Origin: Octopus vulgaris
Lineage: Eukaryota
NCBI GenBank assembly: GCA_951406725.2
Contig: OX597814.1
Location: forward strand, 67,146,001-67,210,000
Reading direction: 5' to 3'
DNA length: 64,000 nucleotides
A program made the position numbers and the translations under genes. The notes under the pieces are model-generated. The model did no database searches. It was not told where the DNA came from and saw only the letters and a list, made by a program, of their open reading frames with translations. Each line of letters opens with the position of its first letter. The stretch's first letter is position 1. Shown here in pieces: positions 11,740-25,173 of this stretch.

Positions 11740-12042
11740 TCTATTATATAAAAATCCATTCTGTCTGTCTGTGTGTGTGTCTTCTAGGATCTTGGGCATC
11801 CTCCATCCGATTGCGCTCAAATTTGATATGTAGATACTGATAGTATCAGGGCGTGTAAAAGTCTAGAAAAAATTACAAAAATCCATTCCAGGTGAGAATG
11901 CAATCGATAAAGCCATGGAAACGTGCATTTGTATGTGCAAGTACATCAGCTGTTGCGATCGATACTACGCGTACGCAAGAAAGATGCACGTGCAGTTTGC
12001 ACAAAAAAGTCAAGGAGCAGGGGATGCTGTTTTTATTTTCCA
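11740..12042 (+). mobile_element. Non-autonomous Helitron-like 5' end
   Basis: A^TCTATTATATAAAA start, then (TCTG)n/(TG)n and ccgattgcgctcaaatttg, the typical layout of a non-autonomous Helitron head. No 3' CTAG hairpin nearby. Confidence 0.55.
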
Positions 12043-13500
12043 CTGCAGACTACCTTGTTGACAAACGAGAGAGACCTTCTCTTTGTGGCTGGTGACTTCA
12101 ACGGTCACGTTGGACAATATGCTGGGGGCTTCCATGGTGTACATGGAGGCTATGGCTATGGTTCCCGCAATGAGGAGGGAACCAGGCTGCTGGAGTTCTG
12201 CGATGCAAATGATCTTATGATTTGCAACACTAACTTCAGGAAACCTACCAGCCACCTAGTTACCTACCAATCGGGCCAAAATACCAGCCAAATTGACTAC
12301 ATCCTTGCCAGGAAAAGGGAAAGATGGCTGCTTATAAATGCCAAAACCTTCCCAGGTGAAGAATGTACCCCGCAACATAGACTGGTAGTTAGTGACTTTA
12401 GGATCAGGACTAAGAGGACGACCAACATGGAGAAGAAGGATCTGGAAGCTTAAAGATCCTGCGAATGGACAGAGATTTAGGGACATATTACTTGAAGCCT
12501 TTGACGAAGTAGAAGGGGATAGAGCATCACATGGGGTAGAAGACAACTGGACGTTTCTAAGGGACAACCTGCTGAAAGCCACTGACCAGATCTGTGGCTG
12601 GTGCAAAGTCCCCTTTCGACCCAAAATAACGTGGTGGTGGAAATATGTTGTAGACAGGGCTATTAGAGAAAAGAGACAGGCTTGGAAGGACTGGAAGAAT
12701 GGTGGTAGCAGGGAATTGTATCAGACTGTCAAAAGGGAAGCTAGGAGACAGGTCTATTTAGCCAGAGGGGAAGCAGATAAGAAAAAATTTGCCAATGTTC
12801 TGCGCCGTGAGGACCAAAGACTTGAGGTGTTTCGTGTTGCAAGACAGTGTGTGAGAGAGAATCGTGATGTGGTAGGATAGAAATGTCTTCGCATGGATGA
12901 TGAATCACTTGCGCTAAATGAGGATGCAAAGAGAGAAGTTTGGAGATGCCACTATGAAAGGTTGCTGAATAAAGAAAATGAATGGGATAAAGAGAGTCTG
13001 CCGAACAGAGGGACCAGCTATCCAAGTTGACAGTTCCTTGGTAGTTAAGGCAATTAGAAGCATGAAGACAGGGAAAGCCCCAGGCCCATCAGGAATCACT
13101 GTAGAGATGCTCAAAATATCTGGTAGTGTCGGCTATAGCTTAGTCACCTGTATAGTTAATCAGGTGATACATGAAGGCGTCATACCCAATGACTGGTGTA
13201 GCAGCATAATAGTCAACTGCTACAAAGGTAAAGGCGACGCCCTAGATACAAATAACTACAGAGGTATCAAGCTGTTGGATCAGGTAATGAAGGTTATGGA
13301 GAGGGTCATAGCCCAACTAATTAGAGAGAGAATTAGTTTAGATGAAATGCAGTTTGGGTTCGTGCCAGGGAAAAGTACCACTGATGCTATATTCCTGGTA
13401 AGGCAGCTGCAGGAGAAATACCTAGCCAAAGATAAGCCCCTGTACCTGGCTTTTGTTGACATGGAGAAAGCCTTCGACAGGGTCCCCCGATCCCTTATCT
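12043..13500 (+). mobile_element. Internal fragment of the same RTE family (APE endonuclease C-terminus plus RT N-terminus)
   Basis: GDFNGHVG, SQIDYIL and QHRLV endonuclease motifs. 12626-13500 is closely similar to 2360-3246. Has stops and frameshifts; both ends are missing. Confidence 0.93.
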
Positions 13501-13790
13501 CCAACCATTATGTACCAGAAACAAAGGGTAGTAACAACAGTAGCAATGAGGATTTTCTTTCTATTGTTGTATGTCTTAAAATAAGTGTTTGGATTTTTTT
13601 TTTTTTTATCACTGGCTAATTTTCACTTGGAAATAAATTTAGCTTGTGCTTTTAAGCAAAGAGAATTGGAACAATTATAAAATGCAGCTTATAAGGAATC
13701 AACATAGTGATATTTTGACAAATCTACTAGATTTTAAAATACATTTCTCTAAAAGCATCAGTCATAAAGCAAAAAAGCCAACAGCTTTAC

Positions 13791-13868
13791 CTCAGTACGT
13801 CCAGTAGTGCTCTCTGCCTTCTGTACATAACTGATAACATGTGACCAATTTTCTAAATAGACGCTAAC
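13791..13868 (-). CDS. GPS1: CSN1/GPS1 exon 6 (VSVYLENWSHVISYVQKAESTTGRTE)
   Basis: TTTCACAG acceptor, GTAAAG donor, 78 nt. Matches VSVYLQNWSHVLSYVSKAE. Confidence 0.96.
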
Positions 13869-14507
13869 CTGTGAAACAAAGTTAATAGAAACAAACACAA
13901 AAGTCATTTATATGGAAAAACAAGCATTTCATTATACAATAAATAAGTGAAGTAAAACATGTCTTATTCTCTCTAGCAAACCTAAAAGATACTCTTAGAT
14001 GATGAAATGACAGTCAGTCAAGGAATGCAGCAGTGATTCTTATTTTAATAAATAATAATATAAATGATTGTTTCGGGTAGGCTCAATAATCCTGCCTGTA
14101 CAATATTTTAAGATTCATTTATTCCAATGTTAATCCTACAACTGACAAAATTGAACAACCTGGGATGGACTCAACATGTATGAACATATTTCAAACTGAA
14201 ATCAGTTACAATCTATTAAATGATAGATTATACGGACCAGCAGACAAAACAGCCACAGAAGAGACTGCTCAAAAAGTTTGCTGGAAGCAGTAGGAAAGTT
14301 ATGTTATTTAGTACTGGGAATGGAACTAGTGATAATATAGTGATTACTGGCAAATATCAAAATTAACTTTTATTAACAATTAATAACAATAATAATAATG
14401 AATTATATAACTAAATTAAATTTCAATAATAATATAGTGCATATAGTATAAACCTAAAGTGTTTATCTTATAGAACACAAACCAATATTCCAAAGGGAAA
14501 AAAATAC

Positions 14508-14643
14508 CTTGATAACATTGAGACACATGTTCACAACATGTTTTGGACTGGTACAATAATCTCGTGCTCTGGAATAACATTTTAATGCATTACACAAATC
14601 ACCCATATCAAGATAATGGTCTCCAAGATCATCATTTCCACGT
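14508..14643 (-). CDS. GPS1: CSN1/GPS1 exon 5 ([45 protein letters not shown])
   Basis: TTCTAG acceptor, GT donor, 136 nt. Nearly identical to the CSN1 RPN7-like region ([13 protein letters not shown]). Confidence 0.97.
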
Positions 14644-14799
14644 CTAGAATGTGAAGAAAAAGAAGATATGGTGTTAATAAATAGAAATAAAAACAAATAT
14701 TAACACAACAAGGAATTATATTTTGTAGAGAAACCATAAATCACTTAAAATAATTAATTATCAGCAAACGAAGCAGCATTAATACCAAAAGGCAATCTT

Positions 14800-15400
14800 T
14801 TATATCCAAGTTAACATGGATATATTGTTAGAGTGCCTTAAAAGGACCTCTCATATGGATGCATGATGCATAAAAGCACATGTATTTATATCATTGGAAG
14901 ATGAGTATTGTATGCTACAGGCACCAGAATGGTCAAATCATGTGATTTCAACCTGCCTGGTTTCATCAGTAGTAGACATCTGGGAGACACATACCAGCTG
15001 AATCTCGCTGCCAAAAATATACACAATTTCAGTGTCTTTTCCAGCACTGATGTTGCAAATAGCCAGCAAGTTTATTAAAACAATTGTCAGTGACAGAAGA
15101 AATATTAATATCCAACTTAACATGGAAGGAAGTATTGTTAGAGTGCTGAATGCTGCATTATTTAACTTGAGAGGACCTCTCATATGGACGCATGATGCAT
15201 AAAAAGCACACATATTTATACCACTGGCTCATCTGCCAATGGTATAAATATGTGTGCTTATTAAAAAAATTAAACTGCAGGTTTAACTTTTTTAATAAGC
15301 CTCTTAGATAATTGCAACATCAGTGCCTGAATGGGCACTGAACTTACATGTATTGCTGGTAGCAAGATTTGGCTGTGTGGCTACCAGACAACTGTCACGT
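14800..15400. repeat. Foldback/MITE-like relic with direct and inverted repeats
   Basis: 14802-14890 recurs at about 15109-15220; about 14970-15060 is inverted at about 15311-15390; internal hairpins at 15204-15259 and 15256-15300. Confidence 0.6.
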
Positions 15401-15644
15401 GATCTAACAGTTCCAATGCCCACAACAGATGATTCTCGCTAAATGAATAAATATATTTACGATGTTTTATGCTGATAAATATACATGAAATGCGGCATAA
15501 TTTTTCAGTACCCTAATATAACTTTTGCTTCCATAACTAATATAAGTGAAAACTACAAAAATTGTACGACAATACAGATAAAAATCAGTGAAATGTAAAA
15601 TTGTTTAAATATCATATAAGCTGAGTTCTTAACAAAATTTTGAT

Positions 15645-15851
15645 TTCAAATTTTGGCACAGAGCCAGCAGCTTAGGAGAAGGAGTAAGTCAATTACACCA
15701 ACCCCTGTGCTCCACATGGTACTTATTTTATCAACCCCAAAAGGATGAAACGCAAAGTCAACTTCAGCGGAATTTGAACTTAGAACGTAAGGGCAGACAA
15801 AATGCCACTACGCATTTTGCCTGGTATGCTAACAATTCTGTCAGCTCACCG
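15645..15851 (-). mobile_element. tRNA-derived SINE, family A
   Basis: Minus strand begins ggtgagctgacagaattgttag (A box) and has gttcaaattcc (B box). Homologous to 32056-32250 and 61912-62120. Confidence 0.8.
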
Positions 15852-16765
15852 ATTTAGTTCTTAGTAAAATATTACAATATATTATGTGACTTCCTAAATG
15901 TCCATTATTATATTTATATTATAGTTATGTCCTAATTTTGTACAGTTTGTCCACTTTTTCCTTTGTTTAAAGATGAATGATTGAGCTGAAGAGAAATATT
16001 TTCAAATTTTTGATTCTGACCTGTTTCTGAAAATTATTATTATTGCTATTGTTGTCAATACCATAATTTAAAACAATTGGATAATATATATATAATACAC
16101 CACATATAATGCATAGAGTGTAGTATTATTTGACACAGGGAAGCAACAAGTAGAAAAATTAGGACTGGATTTGCTCATGGTCACATCTGAAAACATAAAC
16201 TGATTTGGAATGCTAGGGAATATCAGCACTACAAAATGTCCTTTGCAAAATGACTGAAGCCTTAATTAACAGGTCTATCTAGCTGAAAATAAATATCATG
16301 TGCAGGTACTTAGTAGAAAAGTGAGTTCAAATCCTCCTATGGGCTTGAAGAAAGCAAAAAGAAATCACACCAGGTTGTTTTCGCCCTAATCAATACTGTT
16401 GATTTCATTTTAAACAGCATTTCAACAATCTAATAACTTATAACATATACCTTTCCTGTGTTTAACTCCTTTAGATGCTCTAATTAATGAGAGAGAGAAA
16501 GTTTGCATCTGTGTGTGTCGCTCTCTCTCCCCACTAACCTTGAAATTCTGTGTTTGCTACAAATCATAGTATTTTCATTTTCAATATTCTGCAAAACATG
16601 TTTGGCTACGAGGATAAAATTACTTTGCTTGAAAACTATTGAGCAGACAATGAGAAGAGATCTGACCAAAGAAAATCTGACCCACTAAACCCCATCCAGT
16701 CCAAGCAATCATGGAAAAGTGAACACTGATGATAAAAACTCAATGTATAAAATGCTATGTCTTAC

Positions 16766-16915
16766 CTTATGCTTTCTTTAATTGAATTACTTTTATAATT
16801 TTTCAGATCGGTATCTAATTTTTCTAGCTTGAGCTGTGCTTTCTTAATAGTCAATTCTATCCACATATTATCTAAAGGTGGTACACTTGATACAGCATCT
16901 GGTAATGTAGATGGT
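16766..16915 (-). CDS. GPS1: CSN1/GPS1 exon 4 (...[39 protein letters not shown])
   Basis: TTTCAG acceptor, GTAAG donor, 150 nt, phase 2/2. [20 protein letters not shown] is a CSN1 signature. Not in the ORF track. Confidence 0.97.
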
Positions 16916-17379
16916 CTGAAATGAGAAGATTAGCAAATCTTAGGTAGAATCTTGAAGACATTCTGTGCAATAAATTGAACACACTTCCATACATTATTGC
17001 ACTAACCTATTTTGAAAAACATTTTACTTACTTCATGGTATTCTTTTATTCATTTACTGGTATGTCTTTGGACTGCATGAATGGGGGAAGATGTCAGTAG
17101 GAAGTGGTTCAGGAGAGAAGGAGCAATGACAGGTAGCAAAGAAAAGGTGATGTAGTAACAAGTTCTGCTTTCATTAATTACAGCAACAGTAGGTAGAGAA
17201 ATGATAGAGGGAAGAGTGATGTGGAAGACAAAGAGAGGAAGAGCAGCAGGTATAAATATGACAGAATCATACTGAGTGAGGTTCCGAAATGTAAGCATAC
17301 ATATGTTTCTAGCTTCCATCATTACCACCACTGTAACATTGCATGTCATCTTCATCCTTAGATTAGTCTTCATTCCGTG

Positions 17380-18120
17380 TCATCCTGTCTCCTTCTTCCA
17401 CAAGTTCCATCACTATGTAATCAACATTTCTTGATACAACTGTCCTTATCCATATGTATCACATAACTAGACCAACATACATCTGATTTCTCTTATGCAG
17501 TTTTTCTCTCAACAGGTTTGTACTTCATATTTCAAGCACACTGGTATTGCACATCCAGTTAAGCATGCTCACTTTATTTCTTTCTAACCTCTGCAGGACC
17601 TCTGCATTCAGGGCCTACATCTCACTATTACGTAGCATTGCAGTTTGTATACAAACATGAGTCTACCTTTCACTCTGAAAGAGAAATCTTGTTAGCAACA
17701 GAAGTAACAGCTCCCTGAGATTTCTCCAGCCTATTCTTACTGTCATTCTATATTTTCAGAAAAACCTCTTCCACTGGTAATTAAGTTACCTAGCTAACCT
17801 GAGATTCTATTTCCATGTGACCTTTAGACTTTATTGCTCCTGTGCATATACCATATACCAAGACGATTTTCTATCAATCTGCCAATGATGCTATTGTATC
17901 TAAATACATCATATGGGATGCCTACCTAACTCTTTTCAACATATCAAGCAAAATCATTTTCCCAGTAGAGACCTGACTGTCTTTTTACAAACTAATACTT
18001 TAGTCTTTGCTAAGTTAACTTTGAAACCTTTTGATTCCAAGTTTTACTGCCATGTTTGGAATTTCTTTTCTAATCCCAATATAGATTCCCCCTACCTGCC
18101 CCGACTCATATGTATCATTG
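17380..18120 (-). mobile_element. Degenerate RTE fragment
   Basis: Reverse complement aligns with the RT C-terminal part of 3500-4330 (GLESKGFKVNLAKTK-like stretch). Confidence 0.7.
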
Positions 18121-18639
18121 ATAACACCTCAACTCTACCCAATTTCCACAATTGTCATTCACCTACTCTTTGCTCTCCCTTATATTCTCTACCTACCATC
18201 CCTCAACACTTTCCAGAGGTCACTCTTATCCTCTCTTCTACAATGTGAATAGCCATGTATCTCCTCTAAAGCAAGAAACCTGTTGTTTTGGTCCCCTTCT
18301 CTTATACTAACCCATTATCCCCAAACAAAAGGTTGCTTCCCTCACAACTGCAATCTCACCCAGTCATACAGGGTACAGCTGGACGCCACAAAAAGGCATC
18401 CAGCTGTAAAAAACCAAAGCATTCATTGGAGTTTGATTAGTCTTCGTACCTGTTGGATGCTGTTGAATGGTCTGACTTATGTCAGCATAGAACATGAACA
18501 TATAATGATGATGAAATACATACATATACTCTCTCTCTCTCTCTCTCTCATACACACATGTATACATACAGTAATAATAACAATAATCCTAGGATGGAAT
18601 TTATAAATATTTTAATGCATTGTTATGTGCGTTTCCACA

Positions 18640-19060
18640 TATGATGCCTGTGTATGAATGGCTATACTCCATGGTAGTGAGACATGGGCTCTGAATGCTG
18701 AAGATATGCATAGACTGGAGAGAAAGGAAGGTAGAATGTTCCGTTGGATGTGCAACATCACTGCACATATACAACAAAATGCAAATGTATTGAGAGAAAA
18801 GTTGGGCAAAAGAGAAATCAAAGGTAGCATGCAAGAGAGAAGACTACTTTGGTTTGGACATGAGATGCATATGAATAAGGACAGTTGCATAAAGAAGTAT
18901 CAATCACTGAAAGTGAATGGTACTTGTGGAAGAGGGAGACTCAGGAAGATATGAGATGAAGTGGTAAGGATTGATCTCAGGAAGCTGGACCGCATGGAGG
19001 AAATAACTATGGCCCAAGATGTCTGGTGATATGAAATTCTTGAGAAGACTTGCCCACATC
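18640..19060 (+). mobile_element. Degenerate RTE ORF 3' fragment
   Basis: AILHGSETWALNAEDMHRLER...RWMC...WFGH...TCGRGR. Confidence 0.85.
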
Positions 19061-19899
19061 AACAAAACTGAGTTCAAGAAGTGCTATGTAGAAAACTTCT
19101 CACACACTCCACCACAACAAACCAAACTACATCTCTACATCCCTTCTATTCCTCACATTCCCACTTCATGTACTATGGTTACCTCCCACTCCCCAATCTT
19201 GTCCTCTTGGCCCAGTGCTCTATGCTTGCCCCGACCTATCCGTTCTACCCACATGCCTTGTCTCACTCTATTATTACCATCCACTAGTCACCAACCTGGG
19301 TGTTCCACCCATACATAACAAAAAAAACTTTTCCCTCACCCTACCCCAACAAACTAATTTACATCTCTCTCTTGCATTTCCTCCTTCATTCACTATGCCT
19401 AGCTCTCACTCCCCAATCCTGTCCTCACACACTTGCTCCTCTGTTTCACTGCAATCCAATAGCCCCTCCAACTCTATATATATATCCAGGTCTTTCGCCA
19501 CTTACTCACACTCCCTTCGCAATATTCTACCACTTATATTATGGCATTTGAACCTCAAGGGTATGCCCTGGCACTTGCCACTATTTATATCTCTCACTTC
19601 CTTTACTCAACCATCTCATTTATATTCTGATCCCCGTTCCTTGTGAACATGCCCAGCATTTTGCCACCATCTCCATTCTGCAGTCTCCTACTCTCTCTCC
19701 TTCTGCTGCACTTCCCTCAGACTGGGCAACCATGTATTTTCTTTGCAGTAGCACACCTGTTTCTGTCTTCTGGCCAGGTAACCTTGTACTTCCTCTTCTG
19801 CAATACAGCCATATCTGTCTCACTATAACCTTTTCATCATCATCTCCTCCAATGCCTCCTCCTCTCTTAAAAGTTTTTGTCTTGGAAGTACTTGGTGAC

Positions 19900-20176
19900 C
19901 CTGTCAGTGCAGGAGCCACTTAAAAGCACCCAATCCACACTGTAAAGTGGTTAGTGTTCAGAAGAGCATCCAGCTGTAAAAAAACTTGCCAAAACTGACC
20001 TTGCCTGTGCTTGTGCTACATAGAAAGCATGAAGTCCACTCTACTGAGTGGTTGGTGTTAGGAAGAGCATCCAGCTGTAAAAATCCTGCCAAAACAGTCA
20101 CAGAAATCCAGTGCAGGCTTCGGCCTGGCTGACTCGTGTGATAGCATGGAACATGGACGTTAAATAATGATGATGG
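19900..20176 (+). mobile_element. RTE-tail-derived short element (3' UTR modules plus GAT tail)
   Basis: Two aaagcac...gtggtt...gaagagcatccagctgtaaaa modules ending in gcatggaacatggacgttaaataatgatgat. Confidence 0.7.
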
Positions 20177-20572
20177 TATATGCATAAACGCTTGCATGCA
20201 CACACACACACACACACACACAGCCAACCATGCTACCTATGTGCCCACAAAATTCCCAATACCAGAATTCTATCCCTACTTTACTGCTAGAAAGCAGCTT
20301 TAACAACCGATCTCTTCCCATAGTACATATACATCATGTATCTGATACAGTCACTCATAACAGGATCCTACAGCTGATCCACCTAATAGGAGTAATAAAA
20401 TCAAAGGATACCTTTGAAGCAACTGTAATTAGGAATACTTATTGATAACAGCTGTAAACAGCACTTATATAGCAAGTGATGGAAAATGGATGATGACAAA
20501 TAGGAGGAAAGGAGAAATATAGCCAGGTGTGAGAAGCCACAGTAGAAGCTTTTGTATTCCTTACAGGTAAGA

Positions 20573-20850
20573 AGGCACGTGGTTTTGTGGTTAGGGCATT
20601 TGGCTCATGATCATTAAATTCATGAAACTTGGCAGTACACTGCGTCCTTGAGTAAAACACTTTATTTCACACTGCTCCAGTCCACTCAGCTAGCAAAAAC
20701 GAGTATTTCAAAGAGCCAGCCTTGTCATATTTTGTATCATGCTGAATCTTCCTAGGAAACACATTAAAGATACATGTGTTTGTAGAGTACTTAGCCACTT
20801 GCACGTTAATTTCCCAAGCAGGCTGTTGAGTTCAATGGACTGCCATTATT
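20573..20850 (+). mobile_element. tRNA-derived SINE, family C (degenerate)
   Basis: tRNA-like head ggcacgtggttttgtggttagggc...; a similar copy lies at about 29110-29350. Confidence 0.5.
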
Positions 20851-21639
20851 CCTTACAAGTACTACAGCAGCCAACAACAAACAAACAGCTTTACCACTTC
20901 CCTTCCCTTCGTGTCAATTCTAAAACCTTAGGGCTGCAATCAACAAAACAGGTATGATGAAAGATAGGTGAGATTATGGGATGCTGCATCAGAGATAAGT
21001 AGATGGCTGCTATATGCAAAAAGTAAAATGGAAAGGATCCTAAGCCAAGCTCCTCACAGGGAAGAAACAGCAATATTTCTGATTAAATAAAAGTGATGGT
21101 ATGGGTTGGGTAAATATACCGTAAGCAACAAAATGGATAGATTAAGTAACTGAGATAGTCAGGGTGTGCAACAGGAAAACTAAACTGAGATTAGTTGTAG
21201 ACAACTCAACAGCAAGATACAACCTACAATCAAGATTGACTGAAAAATGCAGTTGCCCTATCCGGTTGGCTTTTATGGAACTAAACCCAAATGGGAAGAT
21301 CTGCAAACAGACCTCTGACTTGTTTTGGAGAATTTGTTGCAGTTGCTTCCTCCAGAGTCATATCCCAATGATTTGTCACTAAAAAATCATGTAAAAAAAA
21401 AAATCGCCGCTAACAACCACAGTAATGAAAACATAGGCATCCAAAATTTCAGGATTGCATGTCTGGATTTGGCCCAGAATGTTTTTAACTTATCAAGGAG
21501 TCAGCCTGATTCCAAAATGGTATATGTTGGGTTATGGCTCTAGGAGTAAAGTTGAAAAAGTGTGACACACTGACATTCACATTTATATCAGATATGTTTT
21601 ATTTTGGAGAAACTGTATTTCAATTAAAGTGTATTTTAA

Positions 21640-21683
<44 letters not shown>

Positions 21684-21687
<4 letters not shown>

Positions 21688-21966
21688 AAACAAATTAAAT
21701 AATTAAATAATTACACAAGAGTAAACAAGAGAGACAGAGACAGGCAGAAACAAGGGAAATGCCACTTGTATTTGAACACTATACAAATATTCTTTTAAAA
21801 AAACTTTTCTTTTAATTTTTCTAAATTTAATTATTTAATTATTACAGTTGAAAAAGTCTCAATGACTGAAACTGGTACTGAAATGTTTTTTATAAAATTA
21901 TTTTAGCATTTTCTATCTTGACTTTTTTTTCCATATATATTAACTCGTGTGTTCCTTTTCATCCTT

Positions 21967-21968
<2 letters not shown>
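21684..21968 (+). mobile_element. Short Penelope-type terminal element between two (TA)n tracts, with a minimal hammerhead relic
   Basis: cag-TTGAAAA-AGTC(tcaat)GACT-GAAAC-tggta-ctg at 21845-21880; (TA)n on both sides. Confidence 0.55.
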
Positions 21969-22028
<60 letters not shown>

Positions 22029-22424
22029 TAAAGAAAGCAAATAATAAAAAAATGAGTGTTCAGTAGTTGGTTCAGAATGCTGGCCACAGGAATTTCTGAC
22101 CAGGAAAGTTGTACATCATCTTCCTCTTTCTCTCACATACTCACACTATCTCACTTATTATTACTCTCAATGCCACCATCAACTCTATTACTTTAATAAA
22201 ACATCATCAACTCTCCCTAAATTTTTTTGTCTCTCTTTCACTCCCTCTCTTTTTCTTTCTTTCTCTCTCTCTCTCTTTCTGTCTGTCTTCGCCACTGCCC
22301 TCACCGTCTCTATGCCTACTATTACTCTCACCCCAGCACGAGGAAGTGTCATTGAATAGTGAGAAGGGGGTCAAAGTGTGATACTGGCACACAAATTGGT
22401 TTTTGTATTTATTATATTAGATGA

Positions 22425-23390
22425 GACTCTTTTGCAGACAGCTTCAGTGACAATTTACATCAACTTCATTATTCTGGCTGGTGACTGCAATGGACACAGT
22501 CAATATCACAATGGCTTCTCTGAAATACATAGGAAATATTGATATGGTTCCTGAAATTCTCAAGAAACCAGTCATCTAGCACATCACTTACCAATCTGAC
22601 AAACACTCAAATTAGATAGATTGCACTCTCACCAGGAAACATTGCAAATACCAGAAACTTTCCTGGTGAAGAATGCATTACCCAACAACCACTAATCTAC
22701 AGTAATCTGTTACCACAGGTTAGTGGTTAGAGACTTCAGAATCAGAGCTAGGCAGATACAAAGAACCTTCCATTGGAAATAGGTTTAGAGAAATTTTAAT
22801 AAACATGTATGATGCTAGAAAGAGAAATTTAGATAATTCTAGTATAAAAGATAAGTTAACTACAAAATAATCTGTTTAGGGCTACAGATCAGACACGTAG
22901 CTAATACAGAGCCTCAGTTAATCTAAAGGTGATGTGATAGTGAAATAATACGGGTGATAGGATTGTAAAGGCTAAGGGACAGGCTTGGAAAACCTGGAAA
23001 GAAAAAGGTAAGAGGGAGCAATATGAAATAAGTACAACAGTAGCTAGGTAAAACGTATATTTGGCTAAAGGTGAAGCAGAAAGGAAGAGATTCGCATGTC
23101 ATGTAATAAGAAGATCAGAGGCATGGGATATTAAGGACTGTGAGTTAGGGAAGACTAAGACGTCACTGCGGAGAAGTGAAACTGAAATGATGAAGGCTCA
23201 CCTGTTATAGCTGCAGAAGGCAAGAAAGTGGTATGGGAGTGCTGCTGAACATGGAGAATGTACAGGGTGAAGAAAAGCAAATTCTACAGAGAAACCAGCA
23301 AGTAAAGTTGACAGTAGTACAGTAGATAAAGTAATTAAGGTTATGAAGAGAGGGAAAACTGGTTGTCGGTCAGGGATAGTTGTAGAAACT
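22425..23390 (+). mobile_element. Old RTE endonuclease/linker relic
   Basis: ILAGDCNGH and tttcctggtgaagaatgc...caaca segments align with 12043-13100. Confidence 0.7.
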
Positions 23391-23419
23391 GTACAGAAGG
23401 CCAGTAAAACCTATTGCTG

Positions 23420-24210
23420 GGACACAAAAAAGATGAAAGTTGTCAACACAGGCTGTGATAATGCAATCTGATAAAAAATCTATTGATCCAAGAAATGGAT
23501 GGAATCTTATGCAAGCAGTTTCAATAAGAGACTTGCATATCAGACATGGTCTGAATCTTTGCTGATGACAAGGATCACAATATAGGTTTCATCAAATTTC
23601 TCAAAGGTAAGAACCCACTGGTATAATGACATAAGTTTCCAGTAAATGTGGTTTTATGGAAACCTTACTAACAGTCTTAAGGAGGAAGAGAGAAGAGATT
23701 CAAGGCATTGCAGAAAATAGTTGTTAATGCCTGTATCCATTACTTCTGAAATATTGGAATGAGTACATTAAAACAATAAATACTAGGGTTTGCCTTTTTT
23801 GAGAATGGGACAAATAATATCAGGTTTCTAAAGATCTTATCATATTGCTTTAGGGAAGGAGAAATAGTGGGTGCATGAGGAAAGGTTTGGTGCACAATGT
23901 TTAAAAGAATAGGTACAATGTCAAGGCCACTGGTCTTATGTGTTTGAAATGGTCAGAGGTACTTTTGCACTTGGCATGTAGGTATGCAAGTTGGTGAAAT
24001 TGGTGAGATGGAATGAGATAAATTTGAGGGAGATTTACCAAAAGCATGCAGTTGGATGCAAAGTAGGCAGTGAAACTGGATGCTTTCTCACAAGTTGGTG
24101 AATATTCTTTTGGCAAGGGACTAAAAGAATAAGCTGGAGTTAGGGAAGTGGGGGAGTTTAAGAACTGTGTGATGCATGAAGGGATTCTTTGCAATTCAAG
24201 AGTGCTAGAT
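23420..24210 (-). mobile_element. Highly decayed CR1/Jockey-like RT relic
   Basis: Minus-strand remnants PILKKANP...SNISEVMDTGINNYFLQCLE resemble the RT N-terminal PIxKK...SKxME block. Confidence 0.4.
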
Positions 24211-24566
24211 AAACATGGTTGCAAAGAGAACTTCTAAACTACATGGCCATTCTAAACGTTCAAATGTTCAGGGATCATACACACACAAAGACAAATTAAG
24301 TAGAGATACTATTGACATTCCAATAATTTATTTATATTACGTGATTTACTATGAATTATACATTACACCCATATTTATATGGTATTCAACTAATGTACCA
24401 GTGAATTAGATGTTTAACACATCCCTTTGAAGTATTTCTTTTCTTCAGTTTGTTACTTTATATATATATATTTATTACTGGAGCTATATATATATATTAG
24501 AGAGAGAGAGAGCACACTATATTGGAGAGACTAATCAAATAATTATCTTTAATTCAATAAAATCAT

Positions 24567-24728
24567 AGGTGCAGGTATGGCTGTGTAAGAAGCTTGCATC
24601 CCAGCCACTTGGTTCTTGGTTCAGTCCCACTTCATAGCACCTAGGGCAAGTGCTATATACTATAGCCTTAGGCTGACCAAAGGCTTGTGAGTGGATTTGG
24701 TAGATGGAAACTGATATAAGCCCATATT
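24567..24728 (+). mobile_element. tRNA-derived SINE family B, head (tail displaced to 27460-27682)
   Basis: Matches 62418-62570; the tail half (tttgtccc...ccagcatggcc...caagtaaaaga) resumes at about 27460. Confidence 0.8.
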
Positions 24729-24785
24729 ATATATATATATATATAGGTGAGAGAGTCAGTATATGAAAGCAGGTGGTTGGATGTA

Positions 24786-25127
24786 TAAAATACAAAACAG
24801 AGGGAAAAACTACAGAAGACATGATTTATATGGTTAAAGAATATATTTAAATCATTATGTTAGAAAAATGTTAGAAAATTTTGTATATAGTAACACTGCT
24901 TTGAGAAAAATAACTAGTTTCATATTTTCTTTTCTAATTTCTTTACCAATATTGCGTCATCTCTTCCCTATGAAGTGAAGTATGAGAGTTCCAGACAGGG
25001 AAAGGTAATCAGGGATTTTTTCGGTGTAAGTGAGATAATCAAAATGTTGGGTATGACTAGGTTGTATTGATTTAACATGATTATTTGGTTTAGAAAGGGT
25101 AGAATGTTAGAAGTGGCTAAGTTTTGC

Positions 25128-25173
<46 letters not shown>

